The notes under the pieces were generated by a model that worked only from the letters and a program-made list of their open reading frames with translations, was not told the origin of the DNA and ran no database searches. Positions 17,388 to 26,217 of a DNA stretch of 64,000 bases are shown here, in pieces. The translations under genes and the position numbers were made by a program. Positions within the stretch are counted from its first letter, which is position 1. Each line of letters opens with the position of its first letter. The DNA comes from a virus (taxonomy: Duplodnaviria; Caudoviricetes). The stretch covers positions 10,074 to 74,073 of the IMG/VR virus record IMGVR_UViG_3300032007_000071; one strand, 5' to 3'.

Positions 17388-17468
17388 GACTAAAAGACAT
17401 GTTTTTCTAAGACAGAAAGACAAAAAGAACATATTTTTACGCTAAAACTTTCAAAAATCACACAAAAA

Positions 17469-17687
17469 ATGAAAAAGATTATTCGTACTATCATTGCATA
17501 TATCGTTATCGTGACCAATTTCGGTGTGGCTATCGTGGCTGCACTTCGGGTCGGATTCTACATGATTGACACCCTCAACCTCGTCGGGTTCTGGGTGTTC
17601 TTCGACGCGATTGCTACTATCAGCGTGTTCACACTCACGTTCCTTGCATTGGAGCGTGGTGCAAATGCGCTCAATCTCGACATCTAA
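17469..17687 (+). CDS. small membrane protein
   Basis: 72 aa, two hydrophobic helices. Confidence 0.6.
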   Translation: MKKIIRTIIAYIVIVTNFGVAIVAALRVGFYMIDTLNLVGFWVFFDAIATISVFTLTFLALERGANALNLDI

Positions 17688-17728
17688 ATCAACAATCAAC
17701 AATTACATCAACTTTCAAAACTACAGCT

Positions 17729-17977
17729 ATGATTATCAAATTCGATTTCCACAAGCATATCAGTAATCTTAACGTCAAGAAGAGCGTCAAGCGTGTATCT
17801 CTCGCAGCTGCCACAGCTGCTATGTGCCTGAATCTCGGTCTCAGTGCGGAGGACACTGAGGCTGCCGAGGCTGCTATGCACGACATCGCACAGGAGAAGG
17901 GCGCTGCTAAGGCACGTGCCGTCATCGCAGATATGAACAACGACCACGACCCGTTCGACGGGCCGTTCATCGCATAG
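17729..17977 (+). CDS. hypothetical protein
   Basis: ttcaaaactacagctATG start context shared with neighbours. Confidence 0.65.
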   Translation: MIIKFDFHKHISNLNVKKSVKRVSLAAATAAMCLNLGLSAEDTEAAEAAMHDIAQEKGAAKARAVIADMNNDHDPFDGPFIA

Positions 17978-18022
17978 ACAGAGAGACAGGTTCAAGACAG
18001 AAAGACATAAAAAACATATCCT

Positions 18023-18280
18023 ATGGAAAAATTTAATGGCAGCGCTTTCATGCGCGACGTCTATCTGCACTCAACTCCGAGTGTGGACATCGACAAGGTA
18101 GAGGGGGCTATCACCCCCTGGTACTATACCATCCACGAGCACACCGTCTATGCGCTGATGCGCAAGTATGGAGTGCTCGACAGCAACAACAAGGTTCTAA
18201 ACGCTGACTGGAACGTTGGCGTGAATATGTGGCTCCTAAGCAAGGGGCCACGTGTAGTACGTGACACTAAAGCAGCATAA
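18023..18280 (+). CDS. hypothetical protein
   Basis: co-directional ORF ending KAA* like neighbours. Confidence 0.65.
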   Translation: MEKFNGSAFMRDVYLHSTPSVDIDKVEGAITPWYYTIHEHTVYALMRKYGVLDSNNKVLNADWNVGVNMWLLSKGPRVVRDTKAA

Positions 18281-18306
18281 TCTATTCACTTCAAAATTTT
18301 ACAGCT

Positions 18307-19329
18307 ATGACGAACAATTTCAAGGCTGCCGACCTTATCGGCAAGGAGTTAATCGTGGGCAACGGCGTTGCCAAGTACATCATTAAGAGCGTCGAGGGCG
18401 ACACCTGGCGCTGCATCTTCCATCGTGACGGGGTCAAAGACCTCGAACTTCCTATGAAGGCAGCGAGCCTGCTGAAGATGGTCGAGGAAAAGCGTGTCGC
18501 ATGGGCGGATGCGCCCACCGAGGCTAAGCCCGAGAGCACCAAGGACGAGACCGCTAAGCCCGAGACTAAGCCCGAGCCTACCAAGGCAGAAACTAAGGGC
18601 GATGCAGACGACGTCGAGGAGGTCGATGCCGAGGAAATCGAAACCCCTAAACCGAAGGCTGCCAAGCCTAAGCTCCGTGTGGTCACGGGCAAAATCGTGA
18701 AGGAGAAGGTCCGGGAAGCTATCGAGGAAGCCGAGGAGGAGGAACCTACCGAGCCTATCGACGAGACCGAGGACGACGAGCCGGAGACCGAGACCGAGGA
18801 GGAAGTCGAGGAGACCCCGAAGCCGAAAGCTAAGGCACGTAAGCGTACCGTCAAGGGTAAGTACACCTTTGCTACCTACACTACCAAGCGTGGAAAGACG
18901 GCGGGTAAGATATGCGGACTCTCCGAGGATGAGCCAGCCTATCAGCGTGCAGGTGAAATCCATGCCTCTCATACCTGGGAGCGCAAGGACGGCAAGCGAG
19001 TCTATACGCTGCTGTTCGGTCCCCGCTATACCGATGCCGCCAAGGAGGTGTGCCGTGCCCTTAACGAGGGTGCGGACTTCGATGAGCTTCTCGACATCGT
19101 AGAGACCAACACCGAGGCACTCGCCCAAAAGCGTGCCGAGATGAAGGCGGAATACCTCGAGAAGAAAGCTAAGCGTGAGGCAGAGAAGAAAGCTGCCAAG
19201 GGTGCTAAGGGCGAGGAACTCTACACCGAGGCACAGGTGAAGGAGCGCATCCGCGCTGCCTTTGCCATGGCCGCCAAGGCGTTGAAGATAAACATCGACG
19301 ACCTGGAGCCTATCATCAAGGTCGCGTAA
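18307..19329 (+). CDS. hypothetical protein with long acidic/basic low-complexity linker
   Basis: 340 aa, E/D/P/K-rich middle segment. Confidence 0.8.
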   Translation: MTNNFKAADLIGKELIVGNGVAKYIIKSVEGDTWRCIFHRDGVKDLELPMKAASLLKMVEEKRVAWADAPTEAKPESTKDETAKPETKPEPTKAETKGDADDVEEVDAEEIETPKPKAAKPKLRVVTGKIVKEKVREAIEEAEEEEPTEPIDETEDDEPETETEEEVEETPKPKAKARKRTVKGKYTFATYTTKRGKTAGKICGLSEDEPAYQRAGEIHASHTWERKDGKRVYTLLFGPRYTDAAKEVCRALNEGADFDELLDIVETNTEALAQKRAEMKAEYLEKKAKREAEKKAAKGAKGEELYTEAQVKERIRAAFAMAAKALKINIDDLEPIIKVA

Positions 19330-19336
19330 CCCGATC

Positions 19337-19540
19337 GGTCGCGAAGCTCCCTATCTATTGGTCGCTTCGCTTGAAATTGGATTTAGAATTATTATTTAAA
19401 ATTTTATTTAGAATTGGCTGCGCGGTGATGGTTGGTCGCCGTGCTCTCATACCGCCCTATTCGCATGAAAGGGTATGCAGGAAAATTTTAAACCCAATTC
19501 TAAATATAAATTCTAAATAAAATTTCAAGCGGAGCGACCC
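19337..19540 (+). repeat. GNA-hairpin/AT-arm palindromic element, copy 5 (2 arms)
   Basis: ggtcgcttcgcttgaaatt ... aatttcaagcggagcgacc with core cgcatgaaagggtatgcagg. Confidence 0.9.
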
Positions 19541-19566
19541 TTCAAACTTTCAAAAACATTACAACT

Positions 19567-20031
19567 ATGAAGATTGATTTATCAGCTATCAATGCCGCTG
19601 CCGAGGCACTGAAGCAGCAGCGTGCAGGAGAGGCTCAACCCAAGCGTGAGCCTAAGCGTGAAGCAAGTGCGGCAAGTACGCATAAAACAAAGCGTGCGAC
19701 TAAGAGCGCACCTAAGAGTGCACCTAAGACGGACACCCCCAAGACCAAGGACGGGGCGAGCTACGTCATCCCCGCCGAGTTCAAGGAAGCTATCGAGGTG
19801 TACCTCTATTCCAGACCCGACATCATCGACAATCTCGTAAAACCCGATAAGAGCATTGACGGGTGCTGCGATTATATATTCAGCAAGATGCTGAAGGTCG
19901 CCAAGAAAAACCGCAACGGAAAGACAGCCGTGGGCATCTTCCGTTCGCCAGATGAGATATACGCTATGGCAGTGCACTATTACGACGAGACCGACGAGGA
20001 CTTAAAGAAGGAGGCCGACGATGACGAATGA
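19567..20031 (+). CDS. PcfK-like family protein
   Basis: KSIDGCCDYI...PDEIYAMAVHYYDE; directly upstream of the PcfJ-like gene. Confidence 0.8.
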   Translation: MKIDLSAINAAAEALKQQRAGEAQPKREPKREASAASTHKTKRATKSAPKSAPKTDTPKTKDGASYVIPAEFKEAIEVYLYSRPDIIDNLVKPDKSIDGCCDYIFSKMLKVAKKNRNGKTAVGIFRSPDEIYAMAVHYYDETDEDLKKEADDDE

Positions 20032-21421
20032 TGATTTCAAGAAGCGGTGCTTGCAACTTAACAAACGTCTGAGTTGCAATCCGGGTCCCACGGCGCCCCA
20101 ACGTCTCTATCGCCGTGCGTTCAAGCCGGGGCTTGCTTCCCGTATGTATCGTGGCAAGCTCATCTACTTCTGCACGGAGTGTGGATGCACCATCAACCCT
20201 ATCGGACAAAAGGAGTGCCCACAATGCCACGCCAAGTGGACGGAGAAGAAGACCGTAGAACTCTACAACCGTACCACCGACCGGTCTATGAACGACATTG
20301 CCGTCTTCGAGGCACATGGCGACATCCAGATGGTGCGCCAGATACGGGTGGAGCGTATCCTGCAATATGGCAAGCCCGTCCAGGTCACTGCCTATGAGGT
20401 GGTGCGCTTCATGTATGCCCCTAACGGGGAACGGATGGTATGGGAGCGTCCTGTACAGATGATGACCTAGGCCTACGATCTATTCTCTAAGTGGTCCGAT
20501 ATGGTGCTCCGTCGGGAGTTGTCGCCTAAAAGTATGTCGTATGGCGGTTGGTTGCGGAAAAACATGTGGGTGTACGACTATCAGATTAAGTCGCTCACGA
20601 AGCAGTGGAAATATAAAAACATTCCGCAGTTGATGGAGGACTATTCGTATAGCCTCAGTGCTATCCGTGTCATCGCCTATCCCTATGGCGAGACGATGCT
20701 GAAATGCGGACAGAAAGCCCTCTTCGACCACCTCGTCCATCAGCGTGAGCGTCTGCCTAAAGGGGCAGAGAAGGCGGTGAATATCTGCATCCGCCACCAC
20801 TACACCATCGACGACCCCTCGCTATGGCTCGACACGCTCTATATGCTTATGAACGAGAAGAAAGATATTCATAACCCAAAGTTCGTATGCCCCGACGACC
20901 TCGTGGCACTACATCAGCAGCTCTATGACCGCAAGTGTAAACGTGAGGGCGCTATCCATGCCAGATGGGAGGCGGTCCGTGCCGCACGTGAGGAACAAGC
21001 GCGGGCGGCTTGGGACAAGCAGTATGCGGAGATGCTAAGGAAACGGGAGGAATCCGTGAAAGACTATCCTGAACATTTCGGGAAGCTACTCTCGCTCACA
21101 CTTACTGCCCCGAACCTCTCTATCCGCCCGTTGCAGAACGTGGAGGAGTTCAAGGACGAGGGAAAACACATGCACCACTGTGTGTACAAGGCGTACTACT
21201 GGGACTATCACGCTCACCCCACGTCACTCATCCTATCTGCCAAGGACGACAATGGCAAACGGCTCGCCACCATCGAGTACAATATCGAGACCAACACCAT
21301 CGTGCAGTGTCGTGCCGTACTCAACGAGGTGCCTAAACGTGACAAGGAGATACGGCAGCTCATCACGGACAACAAGGCACAGTTCGTGAAGTTGGAGCGG
21401 ACAGTAAAGAGAGCAGCCTAA
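20021..21421 (+). pseudogene. PcfJ-like protein interrupted by an in-frame TAG at 20468-20470 (nonsense allele or readthrough)
   Basis: ORFs 20021..20470 and 20501..21421 share a frame; joined length 466 aa; C-terminal GKHMHHCVY...LATIEY...IVQCR PcfJ motif; N-terminal CxxC...CPQC. Confidence 0.75.
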
Positions 21422-21447
21422 TTTATAACTATCAAAAATTATATACT

Positions 21448-22284
21448 ATGAATCCGAAAGTATATGTTGGCACATACGCCAAGTACAACAACGGCTCTAT
21501 TGCCGGTGGCTGGATAAGCCTAAAGAGTTGTAAGAACTACGATGACTTCCTCAGTAAGTGTTATGCGCTCCACAGTGATGAGCGTCAGCCGGAACTGATG
21601 GTGCAGGACACCGACGACTTCCCCGACGGACTCTCCTGCGGTGAGAGCTTCGGCGAGGAAGAGTTCAACGATGTCATGGCCGCTATCAAGTCCGAGGAAG
21701 CGGAGGAGAAAAAGCCGTCGGGCGACAAGGCCTTGTTGCCCGAGTTCAGACGGGAGATGTCTAAGGCGTGGAGCGGTCACATGCTTGACTATCATTGCAA
21801 GAAGTTCTCTTATGCCGTGCGTTTGCAGAATGGCGGCATCCTCAGATTTGAAAAGCCGTCTATCGAAAACCGCTTCTGTTGGCCTGACGAGGGGCCGGGC
21901 CTTGACGCTTACAACCGCGTCACATCGAGCGAGGAGCGGCTGAAACAATACTTCCTCCGTGAGAACCTTGCACAGTTCGACAAGGATATAGAGCAGCTTA
22001 AATCGCTGTCGCATGATGGCAAGACACTCTATCTCGTGCGTGAGAGCTATTCCAACGAGACCCCGATGAACATATGGGAGTGGGGATTGTGGGCGGAATG
22101 GGACGTTCAGGAAAACCCTTGGAGATACAAAGATGGCTACGAGAAGATGACGGAGACCGACCGCAAGGCGATCTTAGAAGGTGTGAAGCATGAGCGTGAG
22201 AAGTTTGAGAAACGTCTCAACGCCTATCTGAAACGCTATGGCACCCGTAAGATTAAAACGTGGACTTACTGGGCGGATGCTTAA
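21448..22284 (+). CDS. ardA: ArdA-type antirestriction N-terminal domain fused to an unrelated C-terminal domain
   Basis: VYVGTYAKYNNGSIAGGW...PELMVQD is the ArdA N-terminal signature; C-terminus ends YLKRYG..KIKTWTYWADA. Confidence 0.7.
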   Translation: MNPKVYVGTYAKYNNGSIAGGWISLKSCKNYDDFLSKCYALHSDERQPELMVQDTDDFPDGLSCGESFGEEEFNDVMAAIKSEEAEEKKPSGDKALLPEFRREMSKAWSGHMLDYHCKKFSYAVRLQNGGILRFEKPSIENRFCWPDEGPGLDAYNRVTSSEERLKQYFLRENLAQFDKDIEQLKSLSHDGKTLYLVRESYSNETPMNIWEWGLWAEWDVQENPWRYKDGYEKMTETDRKAILEGVKHEREKFEKRLNAYLKRYGTRKIKTWTYWADA

Positions 22285-22315
22285 AATAATCACATAAATT
22301 TTTGGAGGAACTATT

Positions 22316-23407
22316 ATGGCAAAGGAAAAGAAAAGTCACAAGGGTCTGCGCATGACGGACTCTATGAAGCAGAAGTACGCCCAGCTCTTTCTCGATGAGC
22401 TGGACAGTCTGGAAGCCCACGACTTCAAGATGCCGTGGGTCAATCCCCGGCTCGGTGCGCCGTGTAATATCTATCGGCAGGGCAAACCCTACCGAAAGGG
22501 TAACGCCTTCTTCCTCGCTATGCTCGTGAGTTTGAAGGGCTGGAACACGCCGCTCTTCATCACGAAAACGCAGATGGAGAATGAGGACGGCAAACTAAAG
22601 TATGATGGCCTCCGTGCCAACGCCACGCCTATCCTTGACGAGGACGGGATGGTAACGCTCGACAAGCGGGGGATGCCCGCTATGGATTACGAGCGGCGGT
22701 TCCCGGTCATCTATTACCGACCGCTCCACTACGATGCAGACGGGAACAAAATCTCGGACGAGGACTGGGACGAGATGTCATACGATGAGCAGAAGGAGTG
22801 CAAGACGTGGTTCGTTCAGAAAACCTACGGGGTCTACAACATCGACCAGACCAACTTCAAGGAGCTCTACCCCGACGACTATGCGGAGTTCCAACAGACA
22901 CCCGAGCACGACTACAAGGAGGGGGTACACGACTTGACGTTGGAGACGATGATTGCCGGCGGTGCCTGGCGCTGCCCTATCTACTTCGGAGGCACACAGA
23001 GTTGCTTCAATGTGACACGGGACGAGATTCACCTGCCGAAGCGTGAACACTTCTTAGGTGATGAGCAGTTCTATGCCACCGCCCTACACGAGATGGCACA
23101 CTCCACGGGTAAGGAGCTCGGCCGTGACCAGCATGGTGCCTTTGGTACAGAGGACTATGCGATGGAGGAGTTTGTGGCAGAACTCAGCTCTGCCTGCGTA
23201 TGCTCTATGCTCGGCATCGGCAAGTTGCTCGATGAGAACCATATCGCCTACGTCGATTCCTGGCGCAGGGCGTTGAAGTCCAACAAGGACTTTATCCCCG
23301 TCGTCATCGACGACGTGCAGAAAGCCGTCAACTATATTCTCCGCAAGTACGATGCGGTTGCAGAGGACCAGAAACATCCACGGCTGCTCACCGTATCTGC
23401 TGCCTAA
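22316..23407 (+). CDS. ardC: ArdC-family antirestriction protein (ssDNA-binding domain + zincin-like metallopeptidase)
   Basis: MPW...PYRKGN, YGVYNIDQT, ALHEMAHSTG (HExxH), YAMEEFVAEL, AYVDSW. Confidence 0.9.
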   Translation: MAKEKKSHKGLRMTDSMKQKYAQLFLDELDSLEAHDFKMPWVNPRLGAPCNIYRQGKPYRKGNAFFLAMLVSLKGWNTPLFITKTQMENEDGKLKYDGLRANATPILDEDGMVTLDKRGMPAMDYERRFPVIYYRPLHYDADGNKISDEDWDEMSYDEQKECKTWFVQKTYGVYNIDQTNFKELYPDDYAEFQQTPEHDYKEGVHDLTLETMIAGGAWRCPIYFGGTQSCFNVTRDEIHLPKREHFLGDEQFYATALHEMAHSTGKELGRDQHGAFGTEDYAMEEFVAELSSACVCSMLGIGKLLDENHIAYVDSWRRALKSNKDFIPVVIDDVQKAVNYILRKYDAVAEDQKHPRLLTVSAA

Positions 23408-23419
23408 GACTTTATTTTT

Positions 23420-23617
23420 GGGGCGCTTCGCTTGAAATTGTATTTATAATTTTTATTTAGAATTTTATTTATAATTGGCTGGCGCGGTACGTGTACCGCA
23501 GGTTTATCCTATCCGCATGAAAGGGTGTGCAGGATAATTTTAAATCCAATTATAAATATAAATTCTAAATAAAATTTCAAGCGAAGCGACCAACAAAAAA
23601 AGGAGCGGAGCGACCCC
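23420..23617 (+). repeat. GNA-hairpin/AT-arm palindromic element, copy 6 (2 arms)
   Basis: gggcgcttcgcttgaaatt ... aatttcaagcgaagcgacc with core cctatccgcatgaaagggtgtgcagg. Confidence 0.9.
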
Positions 23618-23657
23618 CGATAAGCGAAACGACATAAACAATTAAACACACAGAAAA

Positions 23658-24011
23658 ATGGAAAGTTTACACGTTTGTTCAAAGTATGAGATCGAGTATG
23701 GTCATACCACCTGCAGCCCCCGATGGCAGGGCAGTCTCTATAACGCCTTTGATATTTTGGGTGCCGACCCTAACGCCACTGACGGATCCGACGATATGTA
23801 TCCGGACAATTTCGAGTGTCCCGTGGAGAGCTATGACGAAGCCATCGAGGAGCTGAAAGAAGAGATTGCAGCCCCCGAGGGGATGTCGTTCAACCTCAAA
23901 TGTGAGCTTGACGCACTTGACATGACCGCCGAGGAACTGCTCAGCTACATGGAGCGTTTCCGCAAGGAGGCAGATACACGTGATGGCTATCTTCACTTCA
24001 TGAAGTTCTAA
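23658..24011 (+). CDS. acidic hypothetical protein
   Basis: 117 aa, D/E-rich. Confidence 0.7.
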   Translation: MESLHVCSKYEIEYGHTTCSPRWQGSLYNAFDILGADPNATDGSDDMYPDNFECPVESYDEAIEELKEEIAAPEGMSFNLKCELDALDMTAEELLSYMERFRKEADTRDGYLHFMKF

Positions 24012-24036
24012 AAATCCCCGGTCACCCCTGCAAAAT

Positions 24037-24062
24037 GTGCAAAGGTTTTTGTACCTTTGCAC
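24037..24062 (+). promoter_or_regulatory. -7 box TACCTTTG embedded in a perfect 10-bp hairpin
   Basis: gtgcaaaggt/acctttgcac inverted repeat containing the box at 24052-24059. Confidence 0.55.
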
Positions 24063-24127
24063 CCATGAAAGGAGAACCCAAAACTTACATTCTTCAAGTA
24101 GTTGTAAGATTTTTGAAAGTTAGACCA

Positions 24128-24160
24128 AGCCGACCCGTCGTGAGACGCGTCGGCTTTTTT
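24128..24160 (+). terminator. intrinsic terminator with GUGA tetraloop
   Basis: agccgac-c-cgtc-gtga-gacg-c-gtcggct-tttttt. Confidence 0.75.
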
Positions 24161-24197
24161 CATTCTAAGACAGAGTAACAAAACAACATATACGACT

Positions 24198-24458
24198 ATG
24201 GAGCAGATTATCTATCAACTTGTCGAGCATTGCCCTAACGGGGCACGTGTAACCGATTACGAGAACAGCACACGTGAGGACGTGATGCGCTATGCAAGTG
24301 ACTGCGTTAGCCCATACGAGCTATACGAAATCAAGCAAGTGAGCGAGGCCAAACCTGTCTATCCTGTCTATAATCCGTTTACGCATAAATGTATCGGTAT
24401 GAGCGAGGGAACGGACTGGAGAACGGTATCAAAAGAAATCATCAAAAAGAAATCATGA
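24198..24458 (+). CDS. hypothetical protein
   Basis: acgactATG start, co-directional. Confidence 0.7.
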   Translation: MEQIIYQLVEHCPNGARVTDYENSTREDVMRYASDCVSPYELYEIKQVSEAKPVYPVYNPFTHKCIGMSEGTDWRTVSKEIIKKKS

Positions 24459-25063
24459 TTATGGAGCAGAAAGAAATCAACTATCGCATCGCCATGTCGA
24501 TGCTGATGCAGTGCAAAGCCGTGTGGGAAATCGCTACGACGTGCTACACTGAGGGCGATTTCCGCTATACCCTCCAAGACGTGCTGAAGGGTATGGAGGC
24601 CACAAAAAAGGCTGCAAGCGGAAGAAGAATGTTTTTTATCAAGGACGCCTATTTCTATATGCATTTCGACGAGTATAACGTACTTGCCGAGCGGATAAAA
24701 GCTATCCCCTGTGTGGTGGGGTATCGGGTGATCGAGGTAACACTGTTTGTCGGTACGAGCGACACCGACCCCAAGCAAGGGTTCGGTTGCACTTATCCGC
24801 TCATCGACGTTTACAGGATGTGCTATCAGTTCTGCCGCAAGCAAGGGTTCAACACCTTGCTAAAGAAAGCCGTGTTCGGGCGAGACGCTGATGGCTTCTA
24901 TGCCATCCTGCCGGAGTGGAAGATTCCGAAAGAGCGGGTGCCCGCTCGGAAGCCAGTAGCTGCTAAGCCATCCGCAAAGGTTGTGGAGGTCCGGATAACG
25001 ATTGACCCCCAGGCGGTGCTCGAAGCCGCAAGGGAACTTGCTAAGCAACGAAAAATAGCATGA
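24455..25063 (+). CDS. hypothetical protein
   Basis: ATGA overlap with the previous stop. Confidence 0.7.
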   Translation: MIMEQKEINYRIAMSMLMQCKAVWEIATTCYTEGDFRYTLQDVLKGMEATKKAASGRRMFFIKDAYFYMHFDEYNVLAERIKAIPCVVGYRVIEVTLFVGTSDTDPKQGFGCTYPLIDVYRMCYQFCRKQGFNTLLKKAVFGRDADGFYAILPEWKIPKERVPARKPVAAKPSAKVVEVRITIDPQAVLEAARELAKQRKIA

Positions 25064-25311
25064 CTATGACGAAAGAAAACAAATCAAACCTGCAACAGGC
25101 CCTCGACTATGTACGGGAGCAGATGGACGATTACAAGTTGACTGTGGTGCGTGCACAACGTAACCATAACTGGGTACACCGCATGCTTGTTCAGACCGAC
25201 TATGACGAGGAAATCTTCGACCTGCTCGAAGAGTGGGGCGAGGAGCATGACCTGCCCGAAGGATGGTGGGCTAACGAAGCAGACATGGAGGATATATTGG
25301 AAATCATCTAA
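25060..25311 (+). CDS. small acidic hypothetical protein
   Basis: 83 aa, ATGA overlap. Confidence 0.7.
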   Translation: MTMTKENKSNLQQALDYVREQMDDYKLTVVRAQRNHNWVHRMLVQTDYDEEIFDLLEEWGEEHDLPEGWWANEADMEDILEII

Positions 25312-25317
25312 AACGCA

Positions 25318-26034
25318 ATGAATATGAAAGGTTTGAAAGCAGACAACAGCAAGAGTTTTAAGTATGGCGGTTACACATTCGTACCGCTTGGGCAGTTTAC
25401 CGATGCGGGCTATAAGGAAGACGCACCGATCAACAAGATTATGAATGATCTCTACTTCATCAACCGTGGTTGTGTGGCCGACGGTCACGAGAAGTACAAC
25501 TACTCCGACTTCTATAAGGCAGCCAAGGCAGCCGGGTGTGGAGACAGTGACATCTTCCTCTGCAAAGAGACGGCGGAGATGTATGTACCTTGTCAGAACG
25601 CCCTGCCTATCTTCGACAAGACCGCCATGGACACCGAGGAGGTAATGAAGCGCTTTAACCACCGCAAGGAGCCGTGCCCTATCAACAATGGATCGGACCT
25701 TAACAGTGACGCTATGCTCGAAGCCCTCTTCGACGACGGGCAGTATGTAGAGCGGCAGGAAGGCAACTTGTATAAGGCGCTCGGGTTTATCTGCGAACAT
25801 CCGATGCTGGTGAGATACTCGCTCCGACATTCGGTCATCGACATCGAACGTCTCGACAAGTCGCATATCTGGAACCATGAGCAAGTCGAGAAAGAAATAA
25901 CTTCCCGACTACGGTGCGAGGACACCGAAGCGGAGCTGCACTACGATGGCGATTCGTGGTGCCAGTCATGGCGGGTACACTTCTACTATACCCCCGCCTA
26001 TGTGGTCGAGAACCTCTATCCGAAAGATGAGTAA
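25318..26034 (+). CDS. hypothetical protein
   Basis: 238 aa co-directional ORF. Confidence 0.75.
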   Translation: MNMKGLKADNSKSFKYGGYTFVPLGQFTDAGYKEDAPINKIMNDLYFINRGCVADGHEKYNYSDFYKAAKAAGCGDSDIFLCKETAEMYVPCQNALPIFDKTAMDTEEVMKRFNHRKEPCPINNGSDLNSDAMLEALFDDGQYVERQEGNLYKALGFICEHPMLVRYSLRHSVIDIERLDKSHIWNHEQVEKEITSRLRCEDTEAELHYDGDSWCQSWRVHFYYTPAYVVENLYPKDE

Positions 26035-26049
26035 CGAAATAAATTAATC

Positions 26050-26217
26050 ATGTTTGAAGAAGAATATCGCGGCAATAGTATTGATGTCAACGATTGCTCC
26101 AGCTGCCCCTTTAACCTTGGGGAGCGTGGCGGAAAGATATGGTGCGACCACTATGAGGACTTCGTGAGCAATTGCGCTTGCGGAGGAAGTTGGAATACGA
26201 AAATTATAGACGTATGA
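26050..26217 (+). CDS. small Cys-rich protein (55 aa, not in the ORF track)
   Basis: MFEEEYRG...CSSCPF...WCDHY...CAC; its TGA overlaps the next ATG. Confidence 0.5.
   Translation: MFEEEYRGNSIDVNDCSSCPFNLGERGGKIWCDHYEDFVSNCACGGSWNTKIIDV

Noticed and set aside
15197-22284. Apparent excess of GCTAT/CTAT words as a DNA signal
   Set aside because: Explained adequately by GCT-ATC/ATG and NNC-TAT codon pairs; I could not quantify it without computation.
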